From: Candidatus Gastranaerophilales bacterium
Lineage (GTDB): Bacteria > Cyanobacteriota > Vampirovibrionia > Gastranaerophilales > Gastranaerophilaceae
Length of the DNA stretch: 64,000 nt
Assembly: GCA_944324365.1 (NCBI GenBank)
Contig: CALUWA010000006.1
Coordinates: 1,113 to 65,112, forward strand
Direction: 5' to 3'
This document shows, in pieces, positions 48,271 through 55,917 of the stretch (positions within the stretch are counted from its first letter, which is position 1; each line of letters begins with the position of its first letter). The notes beneath the pieces were generated by a model, which was not told the DNA's origin, did no database searches, and saw only the letters and a program-made list of their open reading frames with translations. The translations under genes and the position numbers were made by a program.

Positions 48271-49603
48271 AAAAATTTTATTTGGGATTTTTGTTGTAGG
48301 ATTGTTAGGATTTGCCGTTGGTGTAAATCTTGTGCCTGAATATTATTTTAAATTAGGGATGGATGCTTATGAAAAAGGCGACTATCAGGCTGCGTATAAG
48401 AATTTTTATAATGCCCTTTTAATTGCTCCTTCAGATAACGATTACAGATATTATTATGTTCAAACTCTTATAAAATTTAAACCGTCTGTAAGAATTCAGA
48501 AAGAAATGTTCAGATTTGTAGAGGACGGGAAAGATGACAGTGCGCATGTTGCTGCCGGCATTCAGGTTGCAATGTGGAAAAGTAATATAAATCAGCAATA
48601 TGGTGATAATTATATTGAGCAGGCGCCGATTAATAATCAGATTATGCGCTGGAACCCAAAGACGTTCCCGTTAAAAGTTTTTGTTGATTTGCAGGATGTG
48701 TCTATGGTGCCTGATTATTATAACACCGAGATTACAAGGGCTTTTGGGCAATGGCAGGCATCTTCTGGGTTTTTGGCATTTACGTTTGTGAATGAGCCGA
48801 ATTCGGCGGATATAGTTGTGAAATTTGCTCCGCTCCCAAAAAATAATTGTGATAAGCAGGGCTGCAAGTATGTTGTAGCACATACAATTCCTACAGTGAA
48901 AAAAAATATTTTGAAAAAAATGACTATAACTGTTTATGATAAAGATGCCAACGGAAGTTATTTTTCGGACAGACAGCTTTATAACACTGTTTTGCACGAG
49001 ATCGGGCATGCGCTCGGAATTATGGGACACAGCTACAGTACGGATGATTTAATGTATATGTCAAAAGACGGGGCAGAAAATCCTATGCTTACGCGTTACA
49101 GAAGTGATTTTCAGTATATTTCGATAAAAGATGTTAATACATTAAGGCTTTTATATAATATTATTCCGTCAATAACAAATACTCCTTTGAGTGAGATTAA
49201 TACCGAGAATTTAATATATCCGCCTATTGTTTTTGGAACAACCAAAAATATGAGTACCAAAAAACTTAAAGAAGCTCAGGCTTATATTGAGCAGGCTCCG
49301 AATCTTCCTAACGGATATATTGATTTGGCTATTGCATATGATGAACTCGGGCAGTTTGAAAAGGCTGTTGAAGCTTTGCAGAAGGCATTTAATACATCTC
49401 AATCCGAAATGGATAAGTATATTGTTTTATATAATTATGCGGCTTTGTATTTGAATAATGATAACCCGGAAACCGCATTGCAGTACGCCAAACAGGCACA
49501 GAATATAAATGATACGGAAGAAGTTGCAGATTTAATAAGCAATATTGAACACGCAACCGAAACAAAAACTTCTCCGTTTAAAGGGGTAAAACTTCTAAAA
49601 TAA
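48257..49603 (+). CDS. metzincin-type zinc metalloprotease with flanking TPR repeats
   Basis: HEIGHALGIMGH (HExxHxxGxxH). TPR-like helices at the N- and C-termini, with an N-terminal TM/signal segment. GTG 48257 after AAGGA is preferred to the track's TTG 48230. Confidence 0.7.
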   Translation: MSATKKILFGIFVVGLLGFAVGVNLVPEYYFKLGMDAYEKGDYQAAYKNFYNALLIAPSDNDYRYYYVQTLIKFKPSVRIQKEMFRFVEDGKDDSAHVAAGIQVAMWKSNINQQYGDNYIEQAPINNQIMRWNPKTFPLKVFVDLQDVSMVPDYYNTEITRAFGQWQASSGFLAFTFVNEPNSADIVVKFAPLPKNNCDKQGCKYVVAHTIPTVKKNILKKMTITVYDKDANGSYFSDRQLYNTVLHEIGHALGIMGHSYSTDDLMYMSKDGAENPMLTRYRSDFQYISIKDVNTLRLLYNIIPSITNTPLSEINTENLIYPPIVFGTTKNMSTKKLKEAQAYIEQAPNLPNGYIDLAIAYDELGQFEKAVEALQKAFNTSQSEMDKYIVLYNYAALYLNNDNPETALQYAKQAQNINDTEEVADLISNIEHATETKTSPFKGVKLLK

Positions 49604-49608
49604 TTTCG

Positions 49609-50445
49609 CTAGTATTCGATGTTTTTTAATGCGTTGAAAATTTTGTCCGTAATTTCCTGGATATATTCTTGGGAAACCATTCCGTTAATAACGGCATCAG
49701 CTATCTGGTAAGTCGGGCGGATATATTGTTGTGCGGTTTTGTTTACATCCTGGAACTGCAAATCCGCAGCTGCACCGGTTTTCCCTCTGGTTTCAGCTCT
49801 TCTGTACCAGCGGTCTTTGATTACCTCAAGAGGGGTGTAAACGTAAACTTTTACGTCCATAATATCCCTGACGCCTTCGTTTAGTACGTATAATCCTTCC
49901 GTAAGGACTACTTTTGCCGGATTTTTGATATCTCCGTCCGGGTTGGATTCACAGGTCACAAAATTGTATTTTGGCGAAGTGATGGTTTTGCCTTGCTTGA
50001 GCTCAATTAAATGATTTTTCATTAACTCAAGGTCAATGGCATCCGGAGTATCAAAGCTGAAACCGGTTTTAAATAATTCTTCGTAACTTCCTGCTTCTTT
50101 TAGCTCTTTAGAAGTATCCTTGTAATAGTCATCACAGCGGATAACCGTATAAATACCTTCTTTTTTTTCTTTAACACAGGCTTTTATAGTGTTATCGACA
50201 AAAACGGTTTTTCCGGAGGCGCTTTCGCCGGTAATACCTATAAGAAAAGTCTTTTTCTTTTCCTGAACAACCATACGCGCAATGTTCAGGATTAAATTAT
50301 CGGAAGTTTTCAAAAATAACGGCTGAGCCTGCTTGTTATCTTCTTCCAAAATCTTTTTTAAAGCATCGACAATATTGGATATAATTTCCATATCGTTTCT
50401 GCTTGAATAATAATTGTAGTCCGTCAAATGAAAACTTGTATTCAT
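49609..50445 (-). CDS. uridine kinase/phosphoribulokinase-family P-loop kinase
   Basis: Walker A GITGESASGKT, then the PRK/UDK family pattern DDYY...LTEGLY. Confidence 0.7.
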   Translation of the reverse strand: MNTSFHLTDYNYYSSRNDMEIISNIVDALKKILEEDNKQAQPLFLKTSDNLILNIARMVVQEKKKTFLIGITGESASGKTVFVDNTIKACVKEKKEGIYTVIRCDDYYKDTSKELKEAGSYEELFKTGFSFDTPDAIDLELMKNHLIELKQGKTITSPKYNFVTCESNPDGDIKNPAKVVLTEGLYVLNEGVRDIMDVKVYVYTPLEVIKDRWYRRAETRGKTGAAADLQFQDVNKTAQQYIRPTYQIADAVINGMVSQEYIQEITDKIFNALKNIEY

Positions 50446-50849
50446 GTCTAATCTAATTCCTATAACCAGCTTTTATAATATTGTACTTTAAAGTAAAATT
50501 ATTTTCTCATTATGCTAAATTTTGTAACAAATTTATTAAAATATTAAAGTTTTTTCTTAAGGCGGTCGTAATTTAAATTGTTGATAATAATGGGAGTCAG
50601 AGATGAGTAATAATATGATAGATTTACAATCAATGGAGGGCCGGACAGATATGGAGAGCAATTTGATGGACACAGCATTAGAACAGTTTTTTAACAATGT
50701 ATTGGAATGTGTAATTATTGATGAGAGTGTTTTCTGCGTACAAGAATAGTTTTTTGCTAAAAACAAGAGCCGCCTTGAAATTTTTTTTGTTTTAGGTTAA
50801 AATATCAATACTGATACTAATACAAGACTGCAAAGGTGGTGAAATATAA

Positions 50850-51023
50850 ATGGCAGAAGTTAAAGTTGGCGAAAACGAAAGTATTGAAGTCGCTTTAAGA
50901 CGTTTCAAAAAGAAAATCCAAAAAGCCGGAATTCTTTCTGAAGTTAAAAAACGCGAAAGATACGAAAAGCCAAGCGTTAGAAGAAAACGTAAATCTGAAG
51001 CTGCTCGCAAGAGAAAAGTGTAA
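50850..51023 (+). CDS. rpsU: 30S ribosomal protein S21
   Basis: 57 aa, [59 protein letters not shown] is AAAGGTGG. Below the ORF-track length cut-off. Confidence 0.92.
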   Translation: MAEVKVGENESIEVALRRFKKKIQKAGILSEVKKRERYEKPSVRRKRKSEAARKRKV

Positions 51024-51044
51024 GATTATGTATATATTCTAAAA

Positions 51045-51072
51045 AAGGACTGATTTAATCAGTCCTTTTTTG
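51045..51072. terminator. bidirectional rho-independent terminator
   Basis: AGGACTGAT-TTA-ATCAGTCCT followed by TTTTTT. Confidence 0.6.
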
Positions 51073-51077
51073 TTATG

Positions 51078-52148
51078 TTATTTTGTTTCTATGTAATTAG
51101 TATTCGGAATATATTGCTGCTGCTGGTTAATATCAATTTTGTTAATGATATTGGCGCGTTTTTTGCGGAAAAGCATATCTACAAACGCCTCCAGTCTTGT
51201 GATAAATCCTGCTTCACCGGTTTGCTCGTCAATTGTAAGGTGCAGGATAGGCTTGTTAAATTGTTTTGCTTTCCTTACTATTCTTTCAATCATCAAAGAA
51301 TCAGGGCCGCAGCCGAATGCGTTAAGCGCAATAATCCCGTCTATTTTGTTATCTTTAAGATAATGTCCGGCAGTTCCGGTCATTTCAAACTCATTTGCCC
51401 AGTATAATTTTTCACCGAGGGCGTTTATGCCTTCCATAGTTTGTTCTTTGGATAATTGAAGCGATGTATACACTTTTACATCCATACTTTCAAGTTTATC
51501 AATAATTTTCATGGAAGTGCGTTCATCAAAAATATTATATCCGTGTGAAACGAGCGCTATTGAAATCGGATATTCTTTTGTATTATTTTCAATGAAAACT
51601 TTACCCTGAAGTGCGTAGTTAATAGCTTTTTTATAACTCATTCCGGATTTGGACATAATGTGGAAATTGTTGTAAGTCCTCCAGCCTGCTTTTGAAGCTT
51701 CTTTAATTTTGTTTTCATCGGTAATTCCGAATGCCGCAGCGGCTTGTTTCAAAAATTCATACAAGCCCTGGTTCTTTTCTGACTTGTCTAATGTTGCTTC
51801 AACCATAGTGAAAGGTTTTTTTACAACGTTTCTGATTAAGTCCGGCAATCCTCTGATTTTAGAGCAGTTATAAATCTTTGGCGCAATAGATTGGATAGAC
51901 GGCACAAAGATTTTATCAATACCTTTATCTATCAGGTTAAGAATGTGGCCTACATAAACTTTAATAGGCAGGCACGTCTCCGTCACAACGAGCGCGGAAC
52001 CGCTTGACATTGTTTGTTTTGTAGTCACATCAGATAATACAATTTTAATCCCCAGAGCAGTGAAAAAACCGTAGTAGAACGGATAGTTGTGATAAAAGTT
52101 CATAGCTCTTGGTATCCCTATAACCATTTCATTATTATTTGCTTGCAT
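51078..52148 (-). CDS. acyl-CoA dehydratase activase-related protein (DUF2229-like)
   Basis: N-terminus IGIPRAMNFYHNYPFYYGFFTALGIKIVLS...TCLPIKVYVGH is characteristic of this family. Confidence 0.6.
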   Translation of the reverse strand: MQANNNEMVIGIPRAMNFYHNYPFYYGFFTALGIKIVLSDVTTKQTMSSGSALVVTETCLPIKVYVGHILNLIDKGIDKIFVPSIQSIAPKIYNCSKIRGLPDLIRNVVKKPFTMVEATLDKSEKNQGLYEFLKQAAAAFGITDENKIKEASKAGWRTYNNFHIMSKSGMSYKKAINYALQGKVFIENNTKEYPISIALVSHGYNIFDERTSMKIIDKLESMDVKVYTSLQLSKEQTMEGINALGEKLYWANEFEMTGTAGHYLKDNKIDGIIALNAFGCGPDSLMIERIVRKAKQFNKPILHLTIDEQTGEAGFITRLEAFVDMLFRKKRANIINKIDINQQQQYIPNTNYIETK

Positions 52149-52371
52149 TATAAGATATTTCTCCCTGTCAGATAATCTTTATTTTACTACCTTTATAATA
52201 CTTCAAAACGGAGAAAAAAGCTATAAATTTGTAACAAAATTTTAATAAAAGGTAATAAAGAAAAGAGAGTATGGAACTCAAGCCATTAACTTACGTTTGT
52301 TGTAATACAAGAGTGCCGGAGTAATGCTTTCTTTTTTGCCTTCTTTTTTCTTTGAGCTAAAGAAAAAAGAA

Positions 52372-52516
52372 TGGTGGCCCCGGCGCGATTGTCTTGGTCG
52401 CTCGCGTGTAACGGCATTCCGTATTTTGCTAATGTGTTTTCAACACAATCGCAAAATAGCTCCAGCCTCAGCTCGCTCCCGCTCGACCGCAATAGGCGTT
52501 CTCATCGCTGCCGGGG
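52372..52516 (-). ncRNA. candidate structured small RNA, copy A (hypothetical)
   Basis: Extended -10 TGTTACAAT (52533-52525). 5' CCCCGGCAGCGAU pairs with 3' AUCGCGCCGGGG (12 bp, one bulge), followed by CCACCA and a T-rich tail. Internal 8-bp UAUUUUGC/GCAAAAUA stem encloses a GUGUU-GAA-AACAC hairpin. No family recognised. Confidence 0.3.
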
Positions 52517-52578
52517 TTATGTTTATTGTAACACAAAGCTTCCTTAGGAATTTTTTCCTTCAAATGTAAAAAAAAGAA

Positions 52579-52723
52579 TGGCGGCCCCGGCGCGATTGTC
52601 TTGGTCGCTCGCGTGTAACGGCATTCCGTATTTTGCTAATGTGTTTTCAACACAATCGCAAAATAGCTCCAGCCTCAGCTCGCTCCCGCTCGACCGCAAT
52701 AGGCGTTCTCATCGCTGCCGGGG
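52579..52723 (-). ncRNA. candidate structured small RNA, copy B (hypothetical)
   Basis: Same as copy A shifted by 207 nt. The 3' end reads CCGCCA. Confidence 0.3.
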
Positions 52724-52785
52724 TTATGTTTATTGTAACACAAAGCTTCCTTAGGAATTTTTTCCTTCAAATGTAAAAAAAAGAA

Positions 52786-52862
52786 TGGTGGCCCCGGCGC
52801 GATTCGAACGCGCGATCTTCGGTTTAGGAAACCGCTGCTCTATCCTGCTGAGCTACGAAGCC
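52786..52862 (-). tRNA. tRNA-Arg (anticodon CCT), CCA encoded
   Basis: Hand-folded cloverleaf: acceptor GGCUUCG/CGGGGCC, D arm GCUC/GAGC, anticodon loop UUCCUAA, T arm GCGCG-UUCGAAU-CGCGC, discriminator A plus CCA. Confidence 0.85.
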
Positions 52863-52868
52863 GTAAAA

Positions 52869-52942
52869 TATGCTTGACGGGAGTCAAACCCGTGACCTTC
52901 GGCTTCGGAGACCGACGCTCTATTCAACTGAGCTACAAGCAC
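52869..52942 (-). tRNA. tRNA-Arg (anticodon CCG), no encoded CCA
   Basis: Hand-folded cloverleaf: acceptor GUGCUUG/CAAGCAU (G1-U72), anticodon stem UCGGU/GCCGA, loop CUCCGAA, T arm ACGGG-UUUGACU-CCCGU. The unusual U56 is matched by a D loop (AGUUGAAUA) lacking the GG pair. Confidence 0.7.
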
Positions 52943-53005
52943 AAATTATAAAATAATTGTACTATAACCCGGTTTATTTTTCAATCATAATTTGCAATAA
53001 TCAGA

Positions 53006-53152
53006 TTATTTGTTCATGACTGCCAATACAACTTCTGCCAGAACTTTACGTCCTTTTTGGGGTTTAAAGTAAATTTCTTTTTTGGTAGGTTCCGGGGCAA
53101 ATTCTGATTTCTGATAATTTATTAAAAATCTCATAAATTCGGGACTAAACAT
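53006..53152 (-). CDS. hypothetical small protein (48 aa)
   Basis: ATG 53152 preceded by AAAGGAGAAAT. MFSPEFMRFLINYQKSEFAPEPTKKEIYFKPQKGRKVLAEVVLAVMNK. Below the ORF-track cut-off. Confidence 0.4.
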   Translation of the reverse strand: MFSPEFMRFLINYQKSEFAPEPTKKEIYFKPQKGRKVLAEVVLAVMNK

Positions 53153-53323
53153 ATTTCTCCTTTAATTTTTTACACATACACCATAATCTAAAAAACTTCA
53201 CATATATAATAAACCACATAATTTGCAAAAATTGTTATTTCTTAATAAAATTTTTACATTCGTTAATATCCCGTAATTTAGTGATATAATAAGTATAAAG
53301 TCGATATATTAAAAGGATAAATT

Positions 53324-53983
53324 ATGAGGCAGACCTCGATTATAGATATAATTTCCCCGATAATGGTAGGGCCGTCAAGTTCGCACACGGCGGGAGCCGT
53401 GCGGCTTGGGCTTTTGGCAAGGAATATGTATAACGGAACCCCGAAAAAAGTTACGTTCCGGCTTTATAACTCTTATGCTAAAACCGGCAGAGGCCATGGC
53501 ACGGATAAAGGGCTTCTTGCCGGATTTTTGGGGCTTGGTGTTGATGATGTAGGCATAAGGAATATTTTTGACCTTGAGATTTCAAAGAATTTTGAGTATA
53601 AATTTGAGTATCTTGAAGATTTTAACAGGCATCCGAATGCTGTGGATTTTGTAATTGAGGGTACTCCAAATATTGTGATTTCCGGAGATTCAATCGGTGC
53701 CGGAGAAGTTGTTATAAACAAAATAGATAATTTTTCTGTAAAACTTAACGGCAAATACAATACGCTTTTGCTGATTTATAAAGATATTCCGGGAATGATA
53801 TCCAATGTAACATCTAAAATTCCGGTAAATATTGCATCTCTGAATTGCGACAGATATGCCAAAGGGGAAGATGCTTCCATGTGTATTGCTCTTGACGGGG
53901 AATTGCAGGAAGATATAATCGCATCTATCAGAAGTTTACCGAGCATTTATATAGTGAGATATATTAAAAAACTTGAAAGTTAA
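53324..53983 (+). CDS. sdaAB: L-serine dehydratase, iron-sulfur-dependent, beta subunit
   Basis: GPSSSHTAGAVRLG N-terminal motif plus a C-terminal ACT-like domain. Confidence 0.9.
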   Translation: MRQTSIIDIISPIMVGPSSSHTAGAVRLGLLARNMYNGTPKKVTFRLYNSYAKTGRGHGTDKGLLAGFLGLGVDDVGIRNIFDLEISKNFEYKFEYLEDFNRHPNAVDFVIEGTPNIVISGDSIGAGEVVINKIDNFSVKLNGKYNTLLLIYKDIPGMISNVTSKIPVNIASLNCDRYAKGEDASMCIALDGELQEDIIASIRSLPSIYIVRYIKKLES

Positions 53984-53985
53984 TT

Positions 53986-54870
53986 ATGGAAAAAAATATA
54001 AATATAAGAACATTTGAAGATTTGTACAACGCTTGCGAAAAATATGAAAAGACTATTTACGAAATTTCACAAGAGCGTGAGGCTGAACTTGCGGAGGTAT
54101 CAATTCCGGAAGTCAGAATAGAGGTTAAGCGCAGTATTGACGCTATGCGCGAGGCTATTCAGAACGGTTTGCATTCCGATAAAATGTCAGTGAGCGGGAT
54201 GTGCGGAGATGACTGCGTACGGCTTCAAAAGGGTTTTGAAAGAAAGCATGCACTATTCGGAAAGTTGTATGAAAAAATTGTGACATACGCGCTTGCAACA
54301 TCTGAGGAAAATTTAAGGATGGGCAAAATTGTTGCGTGTCCGACAGCGGGTTCTTGCGCTATTGTGCCGTCTGTATTGGTTGCGGTAAGTGATAGCCTTG
54401 GGATAAGCGAAAAAGAACAGATTGATGCTCTAATTACGGCCGGTGAAGTCGGAAGGATTATTTCAAACAAGGTTCAATTGGCCGGTGCTGTTGCCGGGTG
54501 TCAGGCAGAATGCGGGGTTGCATCAGCGATGAGTGCCGCTGCATTAACCCAAATGAGGGGCGGAAATGTTAAACAAATTCTCAATGCGGTAGCTCTTGCG
54601 ATGAAGAATTTGTTAGGTCTTACGTGCGATCCTGTATGCGGGCTTGTTGAAATCCCTTGCGTAAAACGTAATCCGTTCCTTGCAATTCATGCGGTCACGG
54701 CATCAGAAATGGCTTTGGCTGGTATAGTTTCTAAAATTCCTCTTGATGAAATTATTGACGCGATGGAACAAACCGGGAAACTTATGTCGCCGATGTTAAA
54801 GGAAAGTTCGGAAGCCGGACTTGCCAAAACCAAGACTGCAATTGAACTTGAGCATAAGCTTGGAATGTAA
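53986..54870 (+). CDS. sdaAA: L-serine dehydratase, iron-sulfur-dependent, alpha subunit
   Basis: Conserved Cys ligand regions (ACPTAGSCAIVP, GCQAECGVASAM, CDPV...EIPCVKRN). Confidence 0.9.
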   Translation: MEKNINIRTFEDLYNACEKYEKTIYEISQEREAELAEVSIPEVRIEVKRSIDAMREAIQNGLHSDKMSVSGMCGDDCVRLQKGFERKHALFGKLYEKIVTYALATSEENLRMGKIVACPTAGSCAIVPSVLVAVSDSLGISEKEQIDALITAGEVGRIISNKVQLAGAVAGCQAECGVASAMSAAALTQMRGGNVKQILNAVALAMKNLLGLTCDPVCGLVEIPCVKRNPFLAIHAVTASEMALAGIVSKIPLDEIIDAMEQTGKLMSPMLKESSEAGLAKTKTAIELEHKLGM

Positions 54871-54874
54871 ATTG

Positions 54875-55702
54875 TTACTTCCACGGATAATCGTCTTTGA
54901 TTTGCCAGCCATCGTAAACTATTATCGCAAAACAAGCTGCTTGTTTGCCTCCATTGTATGTGTGTGTTTTGCAGCCGGAGTTGTTCATTATTTGTTCTCT
55001 AGGAAATGATTTAAACGCATCAAGTCCTGCAATAAATGGTTTTTTGTTGTTCATGTAATATAATTCAAAAATATCAAAAATATCCCTGCCGTATATATTT
55101 GGGCCTTTTTCACAATTTAAATCTGTCGTTAATACAACATACTGATTATTAGACCACAGTGTAAGACAAGAGCCATCGGACATTCTGAAGGAGCTGCCTC
55201 TGCCATGAACATTATCGTATTGAATATCTTGTCCGTTAAAATTGTATGCTTTGTATAATCCGGATTTCTTTTTCTGATGCTGCAGGTACGGCAGATAATA
55301 TCTTTCAAGAAATTCATCATTAGTTATACTTCTTTGGTTATTTTCATCAGTAATCGGGTAGTCCCAGTATATTGAATCCCCGTAATCATTAACCGCCATC
55401 TGGTAAGCATTAGAAAGGAGTGAATAAGTTCTTTTAAGCTGGGTAACAGTCACGAGTTTTTGGTACTTTGCAATTAACTGCGGCAAAGTCATTGCCGCGA
55501 TAATTCCGATTATGCCGAGGGTAATAAGGACTTCCGCTAACGTGAATGCTGCTTTCTTTTTGTCATCCTGAGGATGAAATCCGAAGGATCTCTTGCTTAA
55601 TGAGATTCTTCGGGCTTTGCCCTCAGAATGACGATTGGTGTTCTTCTTACAAAGGAAGCCGCCAATAATCCAAGAAGCATTGTAATGTCGTACCTCAGGC
55701 AC
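54875..55702 (-). CDS. type IV pilin-like protein C, upstream start out of frame (OFF as assembled)
   Basis: KKKAA|FTLAEVLITLGIIGIIAAMTLP (F codon 55546-55544). The mature domain is a paralog of A and ends YDGWQIKDDYPWK. The track start is a GTG without an SD. The frame is open upstream to the G12 tract. Confidence 0.78.
   Translation of the reverse strand: MPEVRHYNASWIIGGFLCKKNTNRHSEGKARRISLSKRSFGFHPQDDKKKAAFTLAEVLITLGIIGIIAAMTLPQLIAKYQKLVTVTQLKRTYSLLSNAYQMAVNDYGDSIYWDYPITDENNQRSITNDEFLERYYLPYLQHQKKKSGLYKAYNFNGQDIQYDNVHGRGSSFRMSDGSCLTLWSNNQYVVLTTDLNCEKGPNIYGRDIFDIFELYYMNNKKPFIAGLDAFKSFPREQIMNNSGCKTHTYNGGKQAACFAIIVYDGWQIKDDYPWK
55562..55632. repeat. 71-nt GTCATCCTGAGG...CCTCAGAATGAC palindromic module inside the leader of pilin-like C
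   Basis: Imperfect long hairpin. Same module as 4640-4708 and 61044-61111. Translated in the pilin frame as HSEGKARRISLSKRSFGFHPQDD. Confidence 0.85.
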
Positions 55703-55788
55703 TCGGGCTTCGCCATCAGAATGACGACATAGCGCGGACTTTAACCTGTCTAAAAGGCTGGAACTTTCTCCAAAAGCGGAGAGCCTAG

Positions 55789-55800
55789 CCCCCCCCCCCC
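55789..55800 (-). repeat. homopolymeric G12 tract after the upstream ATG of pilin-like C
   Basis: 12 consecutive C on the plus strand, starting 14 codons after ATG 55841-55839 (SD GGAGG 55855-55851). The assembled phase terminates at TAG 55787-55785. Confidence 0.95.
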
Positions 55801-55877
55801 TGGAGAATACCGGTATAATCAGTGTTTTCAGATTTCAACATTTCGTATATCCTCCATAATTTCAAGCTTCTGTTAGT

Positions 55878-55906
55878 ATTATAACGTATTTTTTGATATA
55901 TTTCAA
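55878..55906 (-). promoter_or_regulatory. sigma70-type promoter of pilin-like locus C
   Basis: Minus strand TTGAAA (55906-55901), 17-nt spacer, TATAAT (55883-55878). Confidence 0.65.
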
Positions 55907-55917
55907 ATATCAAAGTG

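Larger units (their letters stand above)
52362..52804. repeat. tandem direct repeat, period 207 bp (2 full units plus the tRNA 3' end)
   Basis: Units 52372-52578 and 52579-52785 differ at one base (TGGTGG vs TGGCGG). Each begins (plus strand) with TGG(T/C)GGCCCCGGCGCGATT, the reverse complement of the last 19 nt of tRNA-Arg(CCT), and ends with the same A-rich flank as the genuine tRNA gene at 52786. Confidence 0.95.

Noticed and set aside
52286-52569. ORFs 52286-52492(-) and 52324-52569(+) inside the 207-bp tandem repeat
   Set aside because: They have no SD, span repeat-unit boundaries and include tRNA-derived sequence. Their openness reflects local GC-rich composition. The region is better explained as non-coding repeat or structured RNA.
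52149-53323. Prophage or integrative element inserted at tRNA-Arg
   Set aside because: Partial tRNA 3'-end copies suggested att sites. However, the material between them is only 188 bp per unit. No integrase, excisionase or phage gene is present, and both flanks are housekeeping genes.
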